A stretch of DNA of 64,000 bases from Octopus bimaculoides (Eukaryota), in contig NC_068989.1 of assembly GCF_001194135.2 (NCBI RefSeq), positions 34,239,837-34,303,836 of the forward strand, written 5' to 3'. The notes beneath the pieces were generated by a model. That model saw only the letters and a list, made by a program, of their open reading frames with translations. It made no database searches and was not told the origin of the DNA. This document shows positions 27,101 to 40,316 of the stretch, in pieces. Every line of letters starts with the position of its first letter. The first letter of the stretch is position 1. The position numbers were made by a program, and so were the translations under genes.

Positions 27101-29535
27101 AAGAAGTACCAGGTCATCAGTTACTGGAAAAATCAACGCCCAAAGGGCTGCACAAGTGGACTGAACCTATTCTTAACCACACATCCATGCCTGCACCTTG
27201 TAATTTTATTTTTAATCATTATATTATTTACTATCATGTAAGAGAATGAATAAAAATAAGTAAAGAGAAAGTTGTTTGCTTTGAATTTTACAATCAGAAG
27301 TCCAAAGGTCACATTAATTTCCTTGTTAAAATGGACATCTCTGTGTTTTTTCCTTTTTTTTTTTTTGTTTCTATTTTACCTACATTTTTCTTTTCCAAAC
27401 CTAGCTTATTTTACAATTCCAGAAATATTCCAGAATCATGTAAATGTGATATTTAGTAGTCTTACTGTTTGTGCTTTCAAATCAGCGTTCATTTTCTTCT
27501 GTTCATCTTCATCAAGAACTCTGTCACCATTAAGATCATATTTAGCAAACATTAATTCAATTTCTTCATCAGCATAACCACGCCTATTGAGAACCAATGA
27601 AAATTAATTTTGACATCAGCCTTTAATTACCTTGTTGTCAATTAAAAAATTATAAAAATGCTTTATTGTATTTTATTAAGTTTTGAATTCAAATCCTGCT
27701 GAGGTTAACTTTGCTTTTTATTCTTCAATAAATTAAGCATTATGCATAACTGAACCCTTTGTACAATTTTCTTCCTCCTCAGTATCCCCACCTCCACCCC
27801 TAAACTACTGCTCTTCCTTGATTCCACTGCTTACTACCCAGACCTCCTTCATCCATTAATACTGTTCTCTCCATTTGCACTCTACAAAGATCGTCACTGA
27901 CTTACCAAATTATCTCAACTCATCCACCAATGTATGTCACTACTCCACACTCTCTGTCATCTCCTACTCCCCTACATCGTTGGTGGACACTTATCTCCTC
28001 TTACCTCACCTATTCCCATCTCCCCTCTACCATACAGTCTTGCAACCTCTACCCTACTTATTTCTACCCACCTCATACCTTGAAGGTCCACCCTGATACC
28101 TCATCACAATTATTTTTTATCATTTTCCAGCCCCAACTGATCACTTCCACCTTTTCTTCTAAAATGTGAGTAGCCATGCAGCTTCTCTACAAGAAACCTG
28201 TTCTGTGCTGGTCCCTTCTCTCATACTTTCATGTTCCATCCCCAGCATAACGCTGCCCACATAGGGTTTGTAGTCTTGCAAACAGCACGATCACTTCAGT
28301 AGTACTGGTGGCACGTAAAAAGCACCCAGTACTCACTATCAAGTAGTTGGCATTAGGAAAGGTTGTGAAACCATACCAACACAGACCCTGAAGCATAATG
28401 CAGACATTGGATCCATCAGATCTTGTTAAACCTTCCAACCCATGTCAACATGGAAAATGTGAACATTAAATGATGATGATATCATAAGTACTGAGGTTGA
28501 TTAAATCAATTATTCTCATAAATTTTGTACCATTTTTTATACCAAAGTTTAAAATCCTTAATGAAGGTAGTGAACTGAACACCTTACAATATTTAGTCAT
28601 GATTTTGAGCTTCAAATCTTGCAGGGATCAACTTTGCATTCTTCTAATGTCAATTAAATGAGTACCAAGCTCTAAGATTCGTTCACTTAAAATCATTCCC
28701 TTTCATATAAAATTGTTGCTTTGGACCTTTGTAACAAACTGTTACTTACTATTGCTGCTACTACAATTGTGATTTGAGTATAAACAATGTAGTTTTATAT
28801 GCTTTATAATACTTAGTTTCTGACTTTATGTTTCTGAAGTTAAGATACCATCAGTGTCATCAGAGGGATGCAAGGAAAAAGCTGACAAAGTAAGAAATCA
28901 GGAATAAGGTACCAAACTACGAATGGTAAAATATATATCGTCCAACTTCCTTCTATAATCTATGCTAAAATGGTTTTTCTTTTTTTAAATTTAAAAAGAT
29001 GGTTCTATTGATCTTGATTCCATTGGCTCACCAAAACAGCTCTATGAAACTAGAATTATGTGAAACAAATAGCTCAATGATACTCACGATTTCATGTCTT
29101 GGCGCCATTCCTCAAAGTCAAGTTGCTTGTCATTGTTCATATCAGCAGATTGCAGAGCCTTTTGGATATCAACAATCTTATCCCTTTTGAAGTTTAATTT
29201 GTCAACCATTCTTTGGTAGCCCTGGAGAAACAAATTAAAATAGATAAAACCCATCAGCAAACCAAATTATCTCAACTTAAAAACATTCTTGTCATCAATA
29301 TGAGTAAAAGACGGAAATGATTGATACATTGTATATTTAGATGTGGCTGTTTGGTAAGAAGTTTGCTTCCCAACCACATGATTCCAGATACAGTCCCACT
29401 GTGTGGCACCTTGGGCAAGTGTCTTCTACTGTAGCCTCAGGCCAACCAAAGTCTTGTGAGTGGATTTGGGAGATGGATACTGAAAGAAATCTGTCATATC
29501 TTTGTATGTGTGTGTGTGTGTGTATATGTGCGTGC

Positions 29536-29568
<33 letters not shown>

Positions 29569-29765
29569 NNNNNNNNNNNNNNNNNNNNNNNNNNNNNNNN
29601 NNNNNNNNNNNNNNNNNNNNNNNNNNNNNNNNNNNNNNNNNNNNNNNNNNNNNNNNNNNNNNNNNNNNNNNNNNNNNNNNNNNNNNNNNNNNNNNNNNNN
29701 NNNNNNNNNNNNNNNNNNNNNNNNNNNNNNNNNNNNNNNNNNNNNNNNNNNNNNNNNNNNNNNNN

Positions 29766-29800
<35 letters not shown>

Positions 29801-32800
29801 TTTTATCCTTTTACTTATTTCAGCCATTTGACCATGCTGAGAACACATGGCCCAAAGCCACCTCCCTAGAGAGGTCTTGTCTTGCAAGTTAATTGATTAC
29901 CACATTACTGCCAGTACCACAAAAAAAAGGCACCCAGTACACTCGTAAAGTGGTTGACATTAGGAAGAGTCTCCAGTCACAGAATTCATACAAAAACAGA
30001 CATTGGAACTTGACACAGTTTTCTGGTTCATCTCATCCTGTCAAACTATTTGACCCATGCTAGTATGGAAGAGTGAAATTAAATGATGATGATGATCAAT
30101 TTTATCCATTTATTCTGGAAAATTAAATATCTAATGTATTTTATCTATAATGGTCAGCGTGATTTTATGAAATATTGGATAATGGCAGTTTTTGTTTTTA
30201 GTTGTTTCACCAAATAGAACACAATCTCACTGGACTCAAAAGTAATGTTACACTGAAACATCCTGAGACTGGTATCTGAAGCAAATATTCAACTACATTC
30301 AGTGCCTTAATGTAATTATATCATCCAGAAGATTCTGTTTGTCTTTTTGAAGCTTAGGCATTGGTATGGTTATGTGGTGGAGAAGTTTCCTTCTCAACCA
30401 CATCATTTCATGTTCAGCCACACTTCTTTTTTTTTTTAAGCCTGGTACTTATTCTACTGATTTCTTTTGCTGAACTTCTAAGTTATTGGGGCATGTGTGT
30501 GTTTGTGTGCATATATGTGTGTGTGTGTGTGTGCACACGTGTGTGTGTGTGCATGTGTGTGTATGCATGCATGTGCTTACTCCTATTTTAACATCACGCA
30601 ATGGCTATAAACAAGTATCACTACCATGCAAGCGATGTTGTTCATTTCCACTCTTCCATGAAAAACATGCCTGGCCATGAGAAACAGGAAGGGCATCCAG
30701 CTGTAGAAAATTTGCCTCAACAAATTCTTTTTGATTCATACCAGCATGGAAAAGTAGATGTTAAACAATGATGATGGTAATGATATACATATAAGAGGAT
30801 GTTCTAGTACAAAAAGTGAAAGCCTACCCGCTTAAAGTAGTCAGTCATCTCGAATTCACTCTTCTGATTAGCAATATCGCCTTTTACCTCAGAATAGGTA
30901 TCATTGATAATTGCCAGGAACATATTGAGAAGGATAAAGAATACAAAGAATACATAGAGAATAAAGAATATTGGTCCTAATACTCGGTTTGCAGATTCTA
31001 ACTGGTGGAAGTCAAAGTCACCCAAGATAATTCGGAACAAGGTGAAACTGAAACATAAAATAGAGGACAAGATATAACAACAATAACATTGTAATTCATA
31101 CATTCAAACTCTTGTCTCAGAAGTATTATCATGCATGTTAATGAGAGAGATGGTGGGAAGAGACAGAAAGATAAAGAAATAACATTTTGCCAGTCATCTT
31201 TCTCTGTTAAATGGAATTCTTTGATGGAAAACATTATTTAGAAATCTACATAAGTTGCTGGAACCACTGCAGTTGTTGTTGTTGTTAGCCACAGGTCAGC
31301 TACCACCAATTAGACTGATGACCAAAGGTATTTCAGCAGTGACCATCCTGACTTTTTTTTGAGGATGTCTAAGACTACATTAGTTAATGAGTCCTCACTT
31401 TTAAGGTTGTTGGATGTGGTTTGACAGAAATTTAGCTGCTATTTCTAGCCAGTCAAATGACAACATAGAGACTCCCAAGTAGGCTTGCAGTTTTAAATAT
31501 GGATACCCTTCTCAGTTCCAACATGCCAACAGAAGAATGCATTTTGACTGTGCAGTCACTATTTTCAATGATACATGGATAAAAGTTATCTGCTTTAACT
31601 CTCTCTCAACCCTTTGGACTTAAAAGGATGCTTTAGCAGGTGCAATTTTATGTGTCTATACCCGCAAGAAGTCATAAAAGCAGGTGCCTACATGGTTTTG
31701 TGTTTATGGCTGAAAATTATGATATTTCTACCAATTAGCAAGCCATAAACACAAAACACTGGAGTCACCCACTTTTGCATCTTCCAGTGGTATGGTCAAA
31801 TGAAACTAAGCCCACTAAAACATAATTATGGATTCAAAGGGTTAATTTTATCAATTTTTCCCAATTGGACACTTATCTAAACTGTTACATCAATCAAATG
31901 TTGATAGCATATTACTGGTGTAATTTTAACGACTCCAGAACAATTAAAGATTGACTCAGTCCCAGTATTAAATTTATCAACAAGTCAAAATAATAATACC
32001 AAGAAAATAATATATTAAAATAGTATATTCTGGATCATGAATTCACATCTGAATGCAGGTGTTGCACTGTGACTCCTATCAAGAATTTGAATAATTGCCA
32101 CCAAAGGAATTATTAAGACTTCCAAATTTATCAAACATAGTTTTTTGATATTTTAGAAAATTCAGTTATATTGTCTTTGTATATATTTTTCTTCATTGTT
32201 CAATAAAATGTACACTCATACAATATCAGAAAAACAGAGATAAATAAGTAAAGATGTACCAAAATACAATGGGTATATGCATGAGGGATATTACTTCTTC
32301 AATTATCTTCAATTTAGTCCCGATGAAGCAGATTTATGATCAAAAGTGTCCCAGTTGTGATAATTCAGCCTTCTTTTTCTTTGTAACACAGTGTGTCTAA
32401 GACTAAATTTTCCAACATATTCTTCAAGCCAACAAGAGAGCCTCTACTTGCTTGCTCAACCTGCTAGAAATAACAGTCAAATTTACCTGATACTGCACTC
32501 TGGCTTCTTATAAAAATAAAAGTTGGATTATGTAGTCTTAAATACTTTTTGACAGTAAAAAAGAATTGAGATAGTCATGGCTGGAATACTTTTGATAACA
32601 GATCTGTGTAATCTGGACAAAATGGATACTTGATAAGGCACTTATCTCTGCTTTCTGCATCCAGATGTAAAATATAGGTTTCAAATTTTGGTACAGAAGT
32701 GATTAAGTCGATTACATTGACCTCAGTGTTCAACTGGTACTTATTCTATCAACCCCAAAAGGATGTAAGGCAAAGTTGATATTGGTAAAATTTGAACTCA

Positions 32801-35800
32801 GAACATAAAAATGGACTAAATGCCACTAAGTATTTTGCCCAACGTGCTAACAATTCTGCCATCTCACTGCCTTACAGATGTAAAATATTTATTTCTTTAT
32901 TGCCCACAAGGGGCTAAACATAGAAGGGACAAACAAGGACAGACAAAGGGATTAAGTCGATTACATTGATCCCAGTGCGTAACTGGTACTTATTTAATCG
33001 ACCCCGAAAGGATGAAAGGCAAAGTCAACCTCAGGGGAATTTTGAACTCAGAATGTAGTGGCAGACAAAATACTGCTAAGCATTTCGCCTGGTGTGCTAA
33101 CAATTCTGCCAGCTCGCTGCCTTACAGATGTAATTCTTTTCTACTCTAGACACAAAGCCCAAAATTTTGGAGGAGGGGGCTAGTTGATTAGATTGACCCC
33201 AGAATGCATCTGGTACTTAATTTATCAACCCCAAAAGGATGAAAGACAAAGTCGACCTCGGCAGAATTTTGAACTCAGAACATAGTGGCAAACGAAATAC
33301 TGCTAAGTATTTCGCCTGGCGTGCTAACAATTCTGCCAGCTCACCACCTTAAAGATGTAAACTATTAACAGAAAAATGATTGAGTATCACAGTTGTATGC
33401 ATCTGAAGTGACAGCCAGTCAAATACACAGGATACCTGGATACTGGTCAAAGGATTGCCATTTTATTTCATGTCACCCACTAGCACAGAATATTGCCTAT
33501 AAACAAAATAGTTAAGGCTTAACAATCCAGTCCACCCACCTGTAAATAGGAACCATTGCCCAAAGCCAAAAACAACAGGTGACATTGTAAGATCAGTGGG
33601 TGATTCATGATCTTGTGGAACAGTCACATGTAGATAACTTTTTCAATGATCATGGAACTCACCCACCACTTTAACAAAATATTAACCTGTTACTATTGTT
33701 ACAAACCTATGATCAAAGATAATCTGGCTGTGACCATCCTATCTTTTTGCCTTTTTAGGACTACATTATCCAATGTGTCCTTCTGTTTATTAAGGCTGTA
33801 GAGCATGCATGGGCAACCTGAAGCCCTCGACATGCTGTGTGGCCCTCAACGAGTTTCTAGGTTACTAATTTCATACTAAGACAAATAAAATTTCATACTA
33901 AGACAAATAAAATTTCATACTAAGACAAATAAAATTAAGAACTGCAAAAAAATTCATTGTAAAGTGGGCAAGTAATATTTCATGTATATGTGTTTTATCG
34001 AGTGGCCCTCTCCCACTTGGAAATGGTATGATGCGGCCCCCAGTTGACGAAAGGTTGTCAATCTCTGCTGTAGAGTAGGATTTAAATGAAATGTAGCTGC
34101 TATTTCTAGCAACTCAAATGACTATGTAGGGGCTCCCACATTGGCTCACAGTATGTACTGTTAACATATTTCAGATGTTTGGAATAACAGTAAATTTTCT
34201 CCATCATAAGTCAATTGAGTAACGAAAAAAGCAAAATAAATAAATCTTTTAAAAAATGTAATCTTACAAAGCACTTTCAAAACTGCTAAATTCTTTCACT
34301 TGAGTTCCAAAGATGAGATAACCAAGTTGCGTGAAAGCCAGGAAAATAATGAAGAACATGACAGCAAATCCAGCCAAATCTTTGGCACATTTACCAAGAG
34401 TTGATGACAGTTGTGTCATGGTTTTGTTGAAGCTAATGTATTTGAAGATCTGAAATATGGGAAAGAGAGGATTTGTTAATTAAAAATAATTAGAAAGGAA
34501 ATAAATAACGAATAATTAACTTGAGAAACATTTCTATTTCTTTTTAAGTTGAATGAGGAGATGAAGTACCTATGATGTTTTCAGAGACCTTCTAGGGAAA
34601 TTAATTCAGTTGATGTTCTTGGATTTCTTGTTCAAAGAGTCATGATAATCCTGCAGTTGTAATTAGCTTCTAATTCATGAAACTAGTATTCAAATACCTT
34701 ATTCAATTGGCCAATTTGGATTTATGTTTAGACATGGGTATGTGGTTAAGAAGTTTGCTTCCCGACAACATAGCTTCAGGTTTGGCCCTACTGGACAAGT
34801 GACACTTTGGACAAGTGTCTTCTCAATAGCCCATAGCCCAGAGACAATCAAACCTTTTTGAGTGAATTTGGTAGATTAGACTTGAAAGATGGTCATTGTG
34901 TGTATGTGTGCGTGCATGTGTGTGTATGTGTGTGCGTTTTTCCACATGTCCATACAGCGTCACGACAATCGGGATTACCTCTCGGAGCTGGGACGCCACC
35001 TCCAGGCCAATTCAGTAGTCTCCACAGGTCTTCGCAAACAAAGTTTAGTGTCCAATGAAAGAAAGGTACGTATAAGTGGGCTGGTTAGTTAAAAATATAT
35101 ATATATTGTGAGTGTGTGTATGCGTTGTGTATGTAATGCATATATGTAATAACTTATATATTGTCTTCTTACCTTGATCCATGCCATAAAAACTGTAACA
35201 GCAATTGCATTATTGAAATGTGTTTGGCAGAATGCAAGGAACTGAAAATCTGAATATTTATTACTGGATGAAAGTAACTGGTTAAGTTTATCGCCGACAG
35301 CACTGGTTCTGTAGACATTGAATGCGATACATAAAACAGATATAAAAATCACCAGCATATCCAGAATGTTCCAGAAGCATTTGAAATAAGATAACTTGTG
35401 TTTCTTGATCTGCAAAATCAAAGACAAAAAAACAGCACAATGAAAAAGTTATAATTAGTTATTTATTTTTGGAGAAATCATTAATTTATTCCAAGTATTA
35501 TTATACATTTACAGTTACAGAATCTACATTATAACAGAATTGAAGTTATTGCTGTTGTTTAGTCCAAGGTCAGGTCTGATCCTGTAGCCCTCTGATCAAA
35601 ATGACCGAAAACCTGACAAAAATACATACATGGTTGAACAATATTTAAGAAGAGTATTACTGCATCATTAATATCATTTATTGATTGGAGTTTATGAGTT
35701 TTCTTGTTTTCTGTAGGTGTGGCTGTGTGTTTAAGAAGTTTACTTCTCAACCACATAGTTTTGGGTTCAATCCCACAGCTTGGCACCATGGGTAAGAGTC

Positions 35801-36061
35801 TCTTACTCAAGCCCAGGGCTGACCAAAACCTTGGGAGTGGATTTGCTAGACAAAAACCAAAAGAAACCTATCATAAATCTATGTGTGCATGTGTGTGTCT
35901 GTGCCTCCTTGTCTTGACATTGAAGGATAACTGTAAATGAGTGTCACTGTTATTCAAGTAGTGTCATTCATTTCCAATATTCAATGTAAACATATCTAGC
36001 CATGGGAAAATATTACTATGATTGAAAAGTGTATAATAAAAACTGTGCAGAAAGAAGTAAA

Positions 36062-36096
<35 letters not shown>

Positions 36097-39000
36097 CAAT
36101 AGTTTCTTCAATGATGTAATACAATATGAAGAGAACAAAAATTGCTTCACAGGCCATGACAAAATAATCCAGACTATTCACATATCGGATAAGTTTGACA
36201 CTTGCAATTCTCCATGATGAAAGTGCACCACCAGTTGCAGGGAACTCAACGACCAGTCTGGAAATAACAAAACATTTCCATTAACTATACAAAATATTGT
36301 TCATTAATTTGAAAATAACAGCAACAAGTAACACAAATTTGACTTCACAGGGAATAGAGAAATCATTACATAAACAGTTTCTTTAATTCTGAATGTTCAA
36401 CTAGTCAGCAATGAAAAACATACACAGATGAGTATATGTTTTTAATTGCTATTTAGTATGTGGCTGGAAATTATAACTAACCTTTAGCAATTCTCAAATG
36501 GAAAAATAGCTTTTTATATCTTTAAACCTTTTAATACTGGTCCATCTGAGATTGCCTCTAATTCTATGAACAAAACTAACTATTTTAAGTACACAAATAT
36601 AAATTGAAGCCTTCTTTTATAATTTAATTCTAAAACCTTTTGTTAGGCCATGTTCCAAATATAAGCTTAATAGTGATAAAGTCAGGTAATTTAATAAAAT
36701 TCCTTAAAATTTTTTATTAATTTTTAAAAGATTTAAATCATTCAACCAAAGCATCCTATTCAAAATGTGATCATGAAAGGGTCAAATGATGATATAATGT
36801 ATCTGATAAAGTAGAAAATGTAAAATGGACAGAAATGGTGCCAAAGAATATGCCCAAACAATAGCACAGTGACACAAATTTTGAGGAAAGCATATAGATT
36901 AATTAGATTAACCCTAGTTCTAAATTGGTACCTAATTTATCCGTCTTGGAAAAATGAAAAGCAAAGCTGATCCAGACAAATTCTGAACTAAGGTTTAGAG
37001 AGGCATAACTAAAACTACCAAAAAGCAATTATGCCAATCCAAATACCAAACCAGAAATTTTACAGCACTGAATATATTTATCTTTCTTTATAAGTCTAAA
37101 TTGCTTGCTCTGGAGACGTGTCATCTGGAATTTATGCCTCTCCTAAGGACAATGTTGTTTGGAAAAACAGCCAGACAAGATAAAGTTTTGGTTAAGTTAG
37201 TATTGACATATTTAATATCTGAAGCATTAAAATGTTAAACTAGAAATATTTTTAGAAATCAGTTTGGTTATTTTTAATGTTTTCAACATGAGAAATAACA
37301 ACAGGGTTAAATGCAGTAATTAAGGAAAATATTAGAGGTTAGTTAACATTATTCTCTAGCTGAGCAAGTAATATAAGTAACTCAAAACATTTCCTTCAAT
37401 GGTGGAAGTATAGCTTTTACAATTGCTTGCTGAAGGAGATATTATTTTATAATTTTCTGATTTTTAATTTAATTTCTGCCATAGTACACAGTTTTTCATT
37501 CCTTTAGTATAATAACAGAAGATAAATGATAAAACATAGACTGTATGTGTTATCTTTAACTTGTCAGTCATTTACAAATGCTCTGTTACCACCTTATGTC
37601 ATTGAATCTACTCAATCTGTTCAACAGTATAAACCATGAAAGGACTTGCATCAGAGACCTTATGGTTACACAAAAGTAAAAATTATACTGTGACTACTGT
37701 TATTGGTCTTACTAAAAGCCATTGATTAATGGTAATCAATGAAATCTGTGATGACTAGTTAAACTAGATCTGTTTTCTCATAAAATGTTCCATAATATTA
37801 GTTTAGTCTATCAGATCCATAATCTTCAGATGAAAAAGAAAAACATTAGAAATAAAAAATAAACATCATGAAAATTTAAGGTTGAAACTTACCTCATAAC
37901 ACAAAAGAGATTTATGTTGGCATTATAGACCGTGAAGTCAATAAAGAGGACTCTCGTTCCACGATCAATCCACAAATTATCAAAAAGAGCATTTACTAAT
38001 TTCATTGAAACGTTCTTAGTTTTGTCTAAATCTTGTACAAAACCGCCGGTACCATATGTTTCTAGCTGGCCCCAGTGTGAAGTCCCATCTAGATCATCTT
38101 TGGAACGATAGTTGAACCTATCAAAAGACAAGATTAAGAGTCAATAGTGTATGCCAAAGGGGTTTCCATGATACATAAGATAACAATATTAAATAAAAAA
38201 CCATTATCTATAGAAAGTGCTTAAATAGTATAGTAAAAATACCTCCTAATATATTATATACATATATATATACACACACACACATATAATGTATATATTA
38301 ATATATATATATATAATTAAAATAGTAGGGTAAAAAATTGATATTAATTAATATCAATTTAATACCAGGAAACTAGCACATTAAAAGAATCAGGAGATCC
38401 AGAAAGATTATCTGAGATCTCAAAAGGATTATTGTATATGTAAATATAAAAGGGACCACTAAGTGGACTGCTAATGTGCTAGAAGAAGATCACATGTAAT
38501 GTGTCTTTTAAGACCGAATAGTTCTCAAAGAAAAAATCTAGCGAAGCAAACCATACAGGCGAGACTAGTGAAAATTACAGAAATAAATACAAAGATTATC
38601 CGTAGACCGGTTTCGAAATTAATAATTCCTTACCGAAAATATCTGTTTCTTCTCTTCAGTACAGACTGCCAAAGAAATATAATTCCCAGAATCATGTACT
38701 AATTGTTCCCAACGAGTGAAGAACATGCACATGGTTCTATTAATTATATAGGGTAAGATTCAAAAGTTTTTGTTTTGGCACGCTAANNNNNNNNNNNNNN
38801 NNNNNNNNNNNNNNNNNNNNNNNNNNNNNNNNNNNNNNNNNNNNNNNNNNNNNNNNNNNNNNNNNNNNNNNNNNNNNNNNNNNNNNNNNNNNNNNNNNNN
38901 NNNNNNNNNNNNNNNNNNNNNNNNNNNNNNNNNNNNNNNNNNNNNNNNNNNNNNNNNNNNNNNNNNNNNNNNNNNNNNNNNNNNNNNNNNNNNNNNNNNN

Positions 39001-40256
39001 NNNNNNNNNNNNNNNNNNNNNNNNNNNNNNNNNNNNNNNNNNNNNNNNNNNNNNNNNNNNNNNNNNNNNNNNNNNNNNNNNNNNNNNNNNNNNNNNNNNN
39101 NNNNNNNNNNNNNNNNNNNNNNNNNNNNNNNNNNNNNNNNNNNNNNNNNNNNNNNNNNNNNNNNNNNNNNNNNNNNNNNNNNNNNNNNNNNNNNNNNNNN
39201 NNNNNNNNNNNNNNNNNNNNNNNNNNNNNNNNNNNNNNNNNNNNNNNNNNNNNNNNNNNNNNNNNNNNNNNNNNNNNNNNNNNNNNNNNNNNNNNNNNNN
39301 NNNNNNNNNNNNNNNNNNNNNNNNNNNNNNNNNNNNNNNNNNNNNNNNNNNNNNNNNNNNNNNNNNNNNATATATATGTGTGTATATATATCATCATCAT
39401 CATCGTTTAATGTCCGCCTGCCATGTTAGCATGGGTTGGACGATTTCACTGAGGACTGGCAAACCAGATGGCTGCACCAGGCTCCAATCTGATCTGGCAG
39501 AGTTTCTACAGCTGGATGCCCTTCCTAACGCCAACCACTCCGAGATTGTAGTGGGTGTTTTTACGTGCCACCGGCACGAGGGCCAGTCAGGCGGTACTGG
39601 CAACGACCACGCTCAAAATGGTGTTTTTTACGTACCACCTGCACAGGAGCCAGTCCAGTGGCACTGACAATGAGCTCGCTCGAACGTTTTTTCACGTGCC
39701 ACCAGCACAAGTGCCAGTAAGGTGAGGCTGGTAATGCTCATGCTCAAATGATACTATTTACATGCCACTGGCACGGAAGCCAGACAGCTTTTCTGGCAAT
39801 GATCACGCTTGGACGGTGCTCTTAGCACTCCTATGGCACAGGTGCCAGTCATCGAATTTGGTTCAATCACGATTTCGATTTCACTTGCTCCAACAGGTCT
39901 TTGCAAACAGAGTTTAGTGTCCAATGAAGGAAAGGTACGCATAAGTGGGTTGGCTACACCCCTAGCACAGGCCTTGGATTATGGTCTCACTTGGCTTGCC
40001 GAACACATATATATGCATGCATAAATACATATATGGATATATATGTGGATATACATACATACATATATATATTGTTGTGTCGACGCCCCCAGGCGAAGAA
40101 GTATGATCTACCAAGACATACAAATAGAGGTAGTCTGGCCGTGGTAGGGTGTTGAGTAGCAGTCGAGTAGCAGTTGTGTAGTGGTTGAGTAGAGATCATC
40201 CGAAGGTGCTAGATAGCAGTAGCTTGAGACATAACATATACATGGATATATATATG

Positions 40257-40316
<60 letters not shown>

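Noticed and set aside
32676-33352. CRISPR-like or satellite array
   Set aside because: The units are roughly 200-250-bp SINE copies in a eukaryotic intron.
38770-39429. ORFs of more than 200 aa (also 50779-51714 and 11250-11755)
   Set aside because: Almost entirely X residues from assembly gaps.
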